A stretch of 64,000 nucleotides of DNA from an uncultured archaeon (GTDB taxonomy: Archaea > Micrarchaeota > Micrarchaeia > Micrarchaeales > CABMGC01): assembly GCA_963729635.1 (NCBI GenBank), contig CAVSOP010000009.1, forward strand, positions 136,070-200,069. Direction: 5' to 3'. Below are positions 51,023-59,836 of the stretch, piece by piece; positions within the stretch are counted from its first letter, which is position 1; each line of letters opens with the position of its first letter. Position numbers and translations under genes: made by a program. The notes under the pieces were generated by a model. The model searched no databases, had not been told where the DNA came from, and worked only from the letters and a program-made list of their open reading frames with translations.

Positions 51023-52009
51023 TCAATGCGAGTTCTTCAGCCATGCTGAAAATCTTGCCGCCACGTCACGTATCCTTTCTTTCCCTTCGATTTCCCCGAT
51101 CATGAACTCTGGCAGGCTGTCCAGGCCGTACCTGCCGCCCAGGATCCCGGTGCAGACCGATGCTATTGAGTCAACGTCCCCGCCGAGGCGTATCGCGTCC
51201 TTCAGGCCGCCGAAGGCGTCCTCGGCGTGCCTCGTTATGTACAGGGCGGCCCCCGCGACCCTCATGGCCGAGTTCGGCAGCCCCATTACGACCCTGTCCT
51301 TGAAATACGGGAGCGGCTGCGGTCCGCACAACGCCTCGAAATCGGATTCGCTCATATGCTGCCGATCGGGCAGCAGCTCCACCCTGGCAAGATAATCCAG
51401 CGTCTCCGTATCTGTTATGAAATCCTTGCAGTATTCGAAGATGCCCTCCGGGTCGCCCTCCCTCGCGATCGTGTACTCGGAGGCCCTGGCCACCAGTATG
51501 CTTGCGGACCTTGCCTTCTCGGCGTAGTTGGTCGCGTCGGCATTGATGATCGCGTATTCGTTTATCAGGTCGTGGTCGACCAGGCCAAGGGGAACCGCGC
51601 GCATCGCGGAGCTGCATCCCGGCTCAGCACCCGCGGCCTGCACTGCCTTTATTTCCTCGATGGTCTTTCTTCCATCGTACCAGTCCTTGATCGTCCCGTG
51701 ACCCTGCCTGGGGAATCCCTTCGCCTTCCTGTCGTCTTCATATTCCCGTCTCCACATCCTCAGCAGCAGTTCCTGCGTAAACGGCTCCGGGCGCATGAGC
51801 GCCTTCATCAGCCCTATGCTGTGCTCGGTGTCGTCAGAATAGAATCCCGGAGCGTACCCCTCGGCGTACCTGCCCTCCCTTCTGTCGGCATACCTGGTGA
51901 AGTCTACGTTTTCCCTTATCCAGTCCCTGTCCTGGAATTCTATGCCCAGCCCGAACGCGTCCCCGACCGCGATCCCGGTCAGCATGTTCCTTATTTTTTC
52001 TTCGTCCAC
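51023..52009 (-). CDS. ADP-ribosylglycohydrolase
   Basis: AVGDAFG, YSDDTE, SAMR and GGDVDSIASVCTGILG motifs. Confidence 0.9.
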   Translation of the reverse strand: MDEEKIRNMLTGIAVGDAFGLGIEFQDRDWIRENVDFTRYADRREGRYAEGYAPGFYSDDTEHSIGLMKALMRPEPFTQELLLRMWRREYEDDRKAKGFPRQGHGTIKDWYDGRKTIEEIKAVQAAGAEPGCSSAMRAVPLGLVDHDLINEYAIINADATNYAEKARSASILVARASEYTIAREGDPEGIFEYCKDFITDTETLDYLARVELLPDRQHMSESDFEALCGPQPLPYFKDRVVMGLPNSAMRVAGAALYITRHAEDAFGGLKDAIRLGGDVDSIASVCTGILGGRYGLDSLPEFMIGEIEGKERIRDVAARFSAWLKNSH

Positions 52010-52032
52010 GTCAGGACCCCGTTTGTGAGCGT

Positions 52033-52788
52033 TCAGACGTCCCGCCATCTGTTCTTCTTCAGCGCTATGTAGAGGATTATCGCAGACAGCACTATCATCA
52101 CCGACCAGTCTATCTCGACGTTCATCGTGGAGATGGCGAGCACCCCCGCGCCGCTCTGGGCTATCTGCGCGGCGTACGTCGTAGGGCTCAGGTACGCCAG
52201 GTACCTGTACGGCAGCGGCAGGTATGTTATCGGGTAGTAGACCGGCGGTATCGTTGACAGCAGCGTCGACAGGAGCGCGCCGAAGGCGTAGCTCTGCACG
52301 ATGTCAGACGAGAGGTTGGCGAAGAGGAAGCCCACCGAGACCGAGAAGAGGAACATCATCGCGGCGGCGCCGACTATCGCGATCCAGCCCGCGGGGCCGG
52401 TGTGTATGAAGATGACCGCGAGGACGCTCAGCACGACAAGCGCGGGCAGGGCGTAGACCAGCTCCGAGAGAGCCATGCCGAGCAGGTAGACGCCCGGGCC
52501 GGTCTCCGAGCTTATGACCATGTCCTGCAGCTTCATGTCGTTCTTCAGGTGCGACAGGTCGCCCTGCATGCCTATCCCGGCCGAGATCATGCTCATCAGT
52601 ATGCCGCCGATTATGGCCACGCCGACGAGGGCGCCCTGGCTCACGAACGTTATCACGATCAGCAGCGAGAACGGCGCGAGGAAGGCATTGACCATCATGA
52701 CCGGGTAGTTTATCATGGCGTAGACGGAGTTCACTAGGATCGAGGCCAGCAGCTGGCTCCCGACGTTAATATTCCTCTTCGTTTCCAT
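52033..52788 (-). CDS. ABC-2 type transporter permease
   Basis: Six TM helices; PVYYP...LSPTTYA. Confidence 0.85.
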   Translation of the reverse strand: METKRNINVGSQLLASILVNSVYAMINYPVMMVNAFLAPFSLLIVITFVSQGALVGVAIIGGILMSMISAGIGMQGDLSHLKNDMKLQDMVISSETGPGVYLLGMALSELVYALPALVVLSVLAVIFIHTGPAGWIAIVGAAAMMFLFSVSVGFLFANLSSDIVQSYAFGALLSTLLSTIPPVYYPITYLPLPYRYLAYLSPTTYAAQIAQSGAGVLAISTMNVEIDWSVMIVLSAIILYIALKKNRWRDV

Positions 52789-53695
52789 TCGCCTCAGACT
52801 CGTTGAGCTCGCTCTTCACGTAGTGGTAGAACACGTCGTCCAGCGACACGGGGTTTATCGAGAAGCTTATTCCCTTCGCCAGGAGCCTCCTGGAGAGGCC
52901 GTACGCGCCGGCCTCGTCTATGAAGACCTGCGTGAACCCGTCCTTGCCCACGGTCTTCCTCCCGCCGACCTTCCCGAGGTCCGCCCTCCCCCTGAACCTC
53001 ACGCTGTGCGAGTACATCATGCCCTTCCGCAGAGTCTCCATGCTGCCCATCGCGAGCAGCTTCCCCTCGTGCATTATGCCGATGGTGTCGGCGAGCTTCT
53101 CCGCCTCCTCCAGGTAGTGCGTGGTCAGGAAGATGAAGTGCGTCCTCTTCAGCCTGGAGAGCACCTCCCAGAACTCCTCCCTCGCTATCGGGTCGAGGCC
53201 CGTCGTCGGCTCGTCGAGGAAGAGCATCTTCGCCCCGGACGCGATGACTGAGGCGGCCAGCACCTTCCTCTTCGTGCCCCCGGAGAGCGACATGTTCCTG
53301 GCGTCGGCGTACTTGCCTATGCCGAGCTGCGCCAGCGTCCTCTTCGCGATAGCGCGCGCCTCCCCGTAGCCGTAGCCGCGCCAGAGCAGGTAGGTCAGTA
53401 TCTGCTGCGTGGGGCTTATCCAGCCCACGGTCCTCGCCTCCTGCGGGACAACTGCGATCATCCGCCGTATCTTCTCCGGCTCCTTCATCACGTCGAAGCC
53501 GTTTATCGAGGCCGAGCCCGAGGTCAGCGCGAGCTGGGTAGCGAGTATCCTGACCAGCGTCGTCTTCCCCGCCCCGTTCCGCCCGATGAGCGCGAAGATG
53601 CCCTTCGTGGGCACGGAGAAGCTTATGGAACTCAGTGCCGGCTTCTCGCTGCCGTGGTACTTCTTGGTCAGCTTCTCGCACTTTATGACGTTCAA
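52766..53695 (-). CDS. ABC transporter ATP-binding protein
   Basis: GRNGAGKT, LSGG, LDEPTTGLDP and TTHYLEEAE motifs. Confidence 0.95.
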   Translation of the reverse strand: MNVIKCEKLTKKYHGSEKPALSSISFSVPTKGIFALIGRNGAGKTTLVRILATQLALTSGSASINGFDVMKEPEKIRRMIAVVPQEARTVGWISPTQQILTYLLWRGYGYGEARAIAKRTLAQLGIGKYADARNMSLSGGTKRKVLAASVIASGAKMLFLDEPTTGLDPIAREEFWEVLSRLKRTHFIFLTTHYLEEAEKLADTIGIMHEGKLLAMGSMETLRKGMMYSHSVRFRGRADLGKVGGRKTVGKDGFTQVFIDEAGAYGLSRRLLAKGISFSINPVSLDDVFYHYVKSELNESEANGNEEEY

Positions 53696-53786
53696 CAGGA
53701 CACCCGAGGTAACCGGTATCTATCTGAATCAAGGTATAAAAACGTGAGCGCGGAGGATTCCGCGTCAGAGTTTAGGATAAGTCATA

Positions 53787-53858
53787 AGCCCCGAGAGGGA
53801 ATTGAACCCCCGACCTACTGCTTACGAGACAGTCGCTCTACCACTGAGCTACCGGGGC
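53787..53858 (-). tRNA. tRNA-Thr(CGU), copy 2
   Basis: Identical to copy 1 except C at position 5 (GCCCCGG). Confidence 0.95.
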
Positions 53859-53922
53859 TCACTGCAGATACCTATAAATAAATATGATAGTAAGCATAAA
53901 TAAATATTCCCGATGGGTTTGG

Positions 53923-56900
53923 ATGAGCGATAGCGACACTCTGCAGCCGAATGCGCCTGGCGATGGCGGAAGCGTGACGCCAGTGTCGCCGGTCCCCGCG
54001 CCCGCGCCAGCCGCGAATGCGCCGAATATGGCGCAGCCGCCGCAGCCCCAGCCAGTCACGCCATCAGCTCCAGGACCCCTGCCGCCTCCTTCGATGCGGG
54101 GCCCTTCCAGAGCGCGCCCGGGCAAGTCCAACCAGCGCATGCTTCTCGTGCTGGCGGCCGTGATCGTGATTGCGGCGGCGGGGGGCCTCGCGGCCCTCAT
54201 GCTGTCGCACGGCGGTACGGCCACGACGACCACGATCCCCGGCGCCTCCACTACCGCTGCCACGACGTCCATCCCGCAGACGGGCGTGTCCAACATCAAC
54301 AACTGCACGACGATAACCTCGCCCGGCACCTACTTCCTTACCCACAACATAAACACCAGCATCGCCAAGGGCCCCTGCATCAGGGTCGCGTCCAGCAACG
54401 TCAGGCTCGTGGGCAACGGCAACAGCGTCACGGGCAGCGGCCCATATTCCGGAGTGGGCCCCTACACCTACGGGATACTCGTGGGCAGGTTCACGAACGT
54501 GACCGTGACCGGGTTCAGGATCCTCAGGTTCGACTACGACATCTATTTCAACGGCACATCAGGCTCCGTCGTCTCGGGCAACAACGTCACCAAGCCGACG
54601 ATATCCGGCATATACCTGAGCAACTCTGGAAACAACACCGTCATGAACAACTACGTCACCCAGTCGGACAGCGCCCAGGGCGGGATCGGGCTCCCGGCTG
54701 GGAGCAACGGCAACAAGGTGGTCAACAACACCGTCTCGGACAACGCGTACAGCGGCATCGTGGTGAACTCCACGGGCAATCTTTTCTCCAATGACAGGCT
54801 GCTCAGGAACCCCGCAGACATCGTCTGCAGCGACAGCTCCGCGCTGAGGATGGACAACTCCTTCTCCAACTCGACCTGCTCGGTCAACGCCTACTGCGAG
54901 TTCGCGCAGTGCACGACCAACCTCCAGTACAACCTGTCCAGGATAAACCTGGGGGCGGGCGGCATCAGGTCATGCGGCCAGATATCCTCCCGGGCAGGTA
55001 CACTCTCCTTCAAATCTCAGCACGTCGGCGTACCTCAACGACTCGCGGCCTTCGGAACATAACGAGGCCTGCGTGACCGTGGCCGCGCCCAACGTCAACC
55101 TCACCTGCGGAGGCAGGTCGATAACTGACTCGGGAGACGGCGTCTTCATCTCATCGACCTACAACACAACCGTCTCCGGCTGCTCGATGTCCAACGACAC
55201 CTACGGGCTGGCGTCGAAGAACTCCTTCGGCTCGTACATCAGCAACCTCAACATTTCAAGGTCGGTCTATGGAATCTACTTCCAGAACTCCACCAGTGGC
55301 ACGGTGAGCAACATCATCATGACGAACAACACCTACGGGGTCTACCTCAACCTATCCAACGGCGTCACCTTCACCAACCTGAACGCAAGGGGCAACAAGT
55401 ACGGCGTCTACGCGGCGAGCGGAGGCAGCGAGGTCTTCAGGGGAGGGGCGCTCCTGAACAACACCAAGGCCGACCTGTACTGCACCGCGCAGACGTACAA
55501 CTCCTCGTACAACCTCGTTCAGAACATGGCCTGCGGCGTGACCGACTGCTCTTGGCAGGGGACGTCCGCCTGCAAGGCACACATACTGCCGTCGCTGCTC
55601 GCGTACCCCATCGGCGCCTGCCAGGCGATAACCTCGCCGGGCAACTACACCCTGACGCAGGGCGTCCTCGCGAAGGGGACATGCTTCAGCATCCAGGCGA
55701 GCAACGTGATCTTCAGCTGCGGCGGCCACAACATCCTGGGCAACTCCGCGGGCAACGCATTCACGTTCAGCAACAGGTCCAACGTCACCATATCGAACTG
55801 CAACATAAACCAGTTCGTCACCGGAGTCAACGCCAGCAGGTCGAAGGGCGTGCGCCTGGCCTCCCTGACCATGGCCAACATAACCCAGGGCGTGCGCCTC
55901 AGCAGGGTCACTCAGGCCGACGTCGCGAACGTGACGCTGCGTTCGTACACGGTCACGGGCTTCAACTTCACGCAGGTCAACGCCAGTACCGTGACGCAGG
56001 ACTACGCCTTGAATGGCGCCGGGGGGGCGAGCGGCTTCGTCTTCACCAACGGCACCGGCGACCGGGTCGCGTTCAACAACGCAGGGCCGAACCCGGGATA
56101 CGGCTTCTCGCTTACAGGCTTCGCGGGCGACAGCTTCTACAACAACAGCGCCTTCGACAACTCCGGCTCGGACTACTACTGCTCGCCATCGTCCGCGGGA
56201 TACTACGCGAACCCTGTGGGCATAAACCTCGGGCTGACGAAGAACGCGTGCAGGTGGCTCATCGATGTGCCGCGGACCCCCAACGGTCCCGGATGCCAGG
56301 CGATAGCGTCCACCGGCGACGTGGTTTTGGGAGGCGACCTGCTGTACCCGTACGGCGGCACGTGCTTCAGCGTCTACGGCAACAACCAGACCAAGGGCAA
56401 CGGCACTGTCATAAACTGCAATGGCCACACGGTCTACGCGGGCCGCGGCGGTACGTTCGCCAACATCGTCAACTCCAGCGGAGTGACCGTGGAGAACTGC
56501 TATCTGGCCAACTTCACCACGGGCGTCACGGCATCGGGGCCCTACGCTAGCATAGTCAACGACACGATCCTGAACTCGGGCACAGCGGCGGCCCTCTCCG
56601 GTTCCAGGTTCGGCAAGGTCGCGAATGACCGGATGGAGAACGACACCTACGGCATCGTCGCGTCGAACTCAGACTACGCCACCATACTGAACAACAACCT
56701 GTACTCGACGGCGAACGCTATCAGCATCTCGGGCGGCTCCGCCGTCTCCCTCGGGAACAACACGGCGAACCTCGGCGTCTACGGCATCGTCCTGTCCAAC
56801 TCGTCGTCCCTCCTGCTGCAGAACAACCTCGTGCAGGGCATGAGCGTCAGCGGAATGTACTGCACTGGCGCGTCAGCGAGCAAGGGCGCGCAGAACCACG

Positions 56901-56974
56901 ACCTCGGCGGCAACCAGTGCTCGAGCAACAGGAACTGCACCTGGATAACCTCATCGCCCCTGTGCCCTCCCTGA
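53923..56974 (+). CDS. Large membrane-anchored beta-helix (NosD/pectin-lyase-like) surface protein; frameshifted near 54990-55060
   Basis: Pro-rich N-terminus, TM helix, and repeated C-x-x-I-x-x-PG-x-Y-x-L...C modules followed by GIYL/NNT beta-helix repeats across both ORFs. Confidence 0.8.
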
Positions 56975-56978
56975 TTCT

Positions 56979-57284
56979 ATGGCAGCGATAACCGCGAGGG
57001 AGGTCGTCCGGGCCATTAGGGAGGCGGTGGACCCCGAGATTGGCGTAAGCATAGTGGACCTCGGGCTGGTCTACGGCATCATGATCGACGGCAAGGGCGT
57101 CGTGCGCGTAGAGATGACCATGACGAGCCGGATGTGCCCGCTCGCAGACTCGATACTGGCGGACGTGGAGCTCAGGCTGAAGCGGATCAAGGGAATCGGG
57201 AAGGCGGCGGTGGACCTTGTGTGGGAGCCGGCGTGGTGCCCCGAGATGATGGACGCCGAGGCGCGAATCAATCTGGGGGTTTGA
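56979..57284 (+). CDS. DUF59/SufT-like metal-sulfur cluster assembly factor
   Basis: DPEIGVSIVDLGLVY, MTMTSRMCP and LVWEPAW motifs. Confidence 0.9.
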   Translation: MAAITAREVVRAIREAVDPEIGVSIVDLGLVYGIMIDGKGVVRVEMTMTSRMCPLADSILADVELRLKRIKGIGKAAVDLVWEPAWCPEMMDAEARINLGV

Positions 57285-57321
57285 GGGCGGCGCGCGCCCA
57301 CGAGTCCGGAGCCCGCCCTCT

Positions 57322-58086
57322 TCACATCCTGACTGTTCTCATTGTGAGGTCGGTGTAGCCGTAGTCGGCGAGCATTCCCATCGTCGCATCCGCCCTCGCC
57401 CTGACCTCGGAGATGTCCTCCCCTGGGAGGGCCACGAACGCGAGGTCCTGTATCTTCAGCGTCATCACCGCCAACTCCAGGCTCGGCGCCTTGTCGGCAT
57501 CGAGCTTGTGCATGCAGTAGCAGTTGATCGGCTTCTCACCCACGGCCTCGAACATTCCCGCATAGTCGTACGCCCACACCGGGTTCGAGATTATCAGCAT
57601 GTGCCTGTGGTGCGGAGGATCCTCGTGGAACTCGATCATCTTGGTGATTATCGTTACGTCTCCGCCGAATATGCCCCTCGCGAGGGTCATCTGCTTGCTC
57701 TCGTTATACGCGGCCAGGCCGTCTGAGCTGTCGAACCTCAGGTCGGCGTATTGCATGCCGAGGCCGTCGAACAGGCGCTCGTCCCCCGGCGTCTTGACCC
57801 CGCCGTGCAGGAGCGAGAATACCTTCTTCCACGCCCCGCACCCGTAGTGAGGGTTGTCTATCACCACGTCGACGTCGTACTCCTCGCCCAGGCGCTTCAG
57901 CGTCTTGAAGTGCGCCGTGCCGTTGAGCCCGGCGTCCCTGATGATCAGAGTGTTCTCCCTTATCTTTCCCTTCTCAATCCTGTCAAGTATCCGGGGGTTC
58001 ATCCTGCAGTCCATGCAGCTCCTATATATCTCGATTTTCTTCTTGGCCTGATCCCCCGCCCTGTTATCTCCGTGCGTAATTTCCAT
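57322..58086 (-). CDS. Beta-carbonic-anhydrase-like protein (divergent)
   Basis: SCMDCR (CxDxR), IRDAG and HYGCGA (HxxC) zinc-ligand pattern. Confidence 0.55.
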   Translation of the reverse strand: MEITHGDNRAGDQAKKKIEIYRSCMDCRMNPRILDRIEKGKIRENTLIIRDAGLNGTAHFKTLKRLGEEYDVDVVIDNPHYGCGAWKKVFSLLHGGVKTPGDERLFDGLGMQYADLRFDSSDGLAAYNESKQMTLARGIFGGDVTIITKMIEFHEDPPHHRHMLIISNPVWAYDYAGMFEAVGEKPINCYCMHKLDADKAPSLELAVMTLKIQDLAFVALPGEDISEVRARADATMGMLADYGYTDLTMRTVRM

Positions 58087-58253
58087 GATAATCCTCTTCC
58101 GCTTTTACCTATAAATAACTTGTTCATGAAATGTTCGGCATTCTGAATCTCGATGATACCTCCTGGGGTCAGGGCTTCGCAAGAAACTCTAGGCCATGCA
58201 TCCCCGCGGGGGCGACTACCCTCCTGGCGGAAGCACTCCTTTCCGGCCGCGCA

Positions 58254-58820
58254 TCAGCGGCCGAACATCGCGGCCTCGTCGGCCCGCTTGTACTCCCTTA
58301 TCTCGTTCTTGCCGAACCAGACGGAGATCTCCTTCTCGGCCGTCTCCGGGCTGTCGGAGGTGTGTATGAGGTTGCGCACCGGCCTCTTCATCTCGTCGGC
58401 GAGCTGGTACGAGTCGTTCGCGTACATGCCCCTTATGCTGGATGGTTCCGCCTTCGCCGGGGCCGTGCTTCCCACGATCTTCCTCACTATCGCCACCGCC
58501 TCGTTCCCCTCGATGACCATCGCTACCACCGGGCCGGCGGTGAGGTAGTCCATGAGGTAGCCCCTTATCTTGCGGCCTATCTGCTCGGGCCTGTCCTTCA
58601 CCTTTATCCCCTTGGCCTCGTACGACGCTATGGATTTCCTGCCGACGTCCTCGAGCCAGGCCATGTCGTCCACGTAGTGCCTCGACGCCAGCTCCTTGTC
58701 CGCCACGACCATCTTAAGGGCGACGACCTTCAGCCCGGCGTCCTCGAACCGCGCGATTATCCTGCCGATAAGAGACCTTTGCACCCCGTCAGGCTTTATC
58801 AAAACGAATGTCTTTTCCAT
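58254..58820 (-). CDS. ndk: Nucleoside diphosphate kinase
   Basis: EKTFVLIKPDGVQR, SIRG and NLIHTSDS motifs. Confidence 0.95.
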   Translation of the reverse strand: MEKTFVLIKPDGVQRSLIGRIIARFEDAGLKVVALKMVVADKELASRHYVDDMAWLEDVGRKSIASYEAKGIKVKDRPEQIGRKIRGYLMDYLTAGPVVAMVIEGNEAVAIVRKIVGSTAPAKAEPSSIRGMYANDSYQLADEMKRPVRNLIHTSDSPETAEKEISVWFGKNEIREYKRADEAAMFGR

Positions 58821-58834
58821 TTCTACACCTAATC

Positions 58835-59416
58835 CTAAACCTGTCTCTCGATCTTCTCCGCGGCGACCCTTCCGCCCTTCCACTGGCCCCCGTATGCCCT
58901 GTGCAGGTCGCCGACCACCTGCATGAAGACGACGTTCGCTATCCTGGCGCCGAGGTCCAGCTCGAACTTCGACTTCCCGAGGTTGGCCATGCCGAAAGTG
59001 AGCTCGCCGGAGTATCCTGGGTCGGTCTTGGTCGCCATCAGGTGAACGCCGCATCTCTGTAGCGTGCTCCGCGGGTAGACGTGGATCGTGAGGAACGCCG
59101 GCTTGCCGCCCTCCTCCGCGACTATCTTCTCCGAGGGCAGGCTGACGCTCTCCATGGTCTTGACAAGCACGAACTCGCCCGGCATGAGCGTGAACTTCGC
59201 GTCCCCCCTGGCTATGTCCGCGACCTTCTCTATCTCCGGGGTCTTCCTGTCCTTCACGCCGAGGTAGCCCTCGCCGCTTATCCGGTATATCTCGCCTGCG
59301 CGTATGTCGAAGCCCGTCCCCTCCGGGGAGTACTCTCTCTCGTCGAGGTTGCTGATCAGCCCGTACTTCCCGTTGAGCTCCAGTATCCTGGTGGCGGAGA
59401 CTATCAAACTAAGCAC
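58835..59416 (-). CDS. dcd: dCTP deaminase / trimeric dUTPase family
   Basis: GFDIR, PRSTLQRCG, DPGYSG and RIANVVF motifs. Confidence 0.8.
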   Translation of the reverse strand: MLSLIVSATRILELNGKYGLISNLDEREYSPEGTGFDIRAGEIYRISGEGYLGVKDRKTPEIEKVADIARGDAKFTLMPGEFVLVKTMESVSLPSEKIVAEEGGKPAFLTIHVYPRSTLQRCGVHLMATKTDPGYSGELTFGMANLGKSKFELDLGARIANVVFMQVVGDLHRAYGGQWKGGRVAAEKIERQV

Positions 59417-59514
59417 CCTGCTCAGTATATCTGTCTGACATCTTAAATAACTTTTCACCGGCCGCCATCCGAGATATTATATACTTTTAAGTAGCTCTAT
59501 TCTGGGTGCGCCCC

Positions 59515-59829
59515 ATGCGTTTTGACGAGTATCAGGAGAAGGCCAGGAGGACCGCGTTCTACCCCAGGGAGCAGGCAGTCTTCTATCCCGCGCTCGGCCT
59601 GAGCGGGGAGGTCGGCGAGCTGAACAACAAGATAAAGAAGGGCATGAGGGACAACGCGAAGCCCGACATCGAGGGCCTGAAGGGCGAGCTGGGAGACGTG
59701 CTCTGGTACCTCTCGCAGGTCGCGACGGACCTAGGGATATCGCTCGACGAGGTCGCCGAGTCGAACATAGAGAAGCTGAAGAGCAGGAAGGAGCGCGGGA
59801 CCCTCGGCGGGAGCGGGGACGACAGGTAA
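59515..59829 (+). CDS. MazG-like NTP pyrophosphohydrolase
   Basis: LGLSGEVGE, ELGDVLWY and NIEKLKSR...GSGDDR motifs. Confidence 0.9.
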   Translation: MRFDEYQEKARRTAFYPREQAVFYPALGLSGEVGELNNKIKKGMRDNAKPDIEGLKGELGDVLWYLSQVATDLGISLDEVAESNIEKLKSRKERGTLGGSGDDR

Positions 59830-59836
59830 GCGGTGC

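Noticed and set aside
58150-58253. Riboswitch or ncRNA between ndk and the CA-like gene
   Set aside because: GC-rich with a short CCTCCTGG repeat, but no recognisable aptamer consensus.
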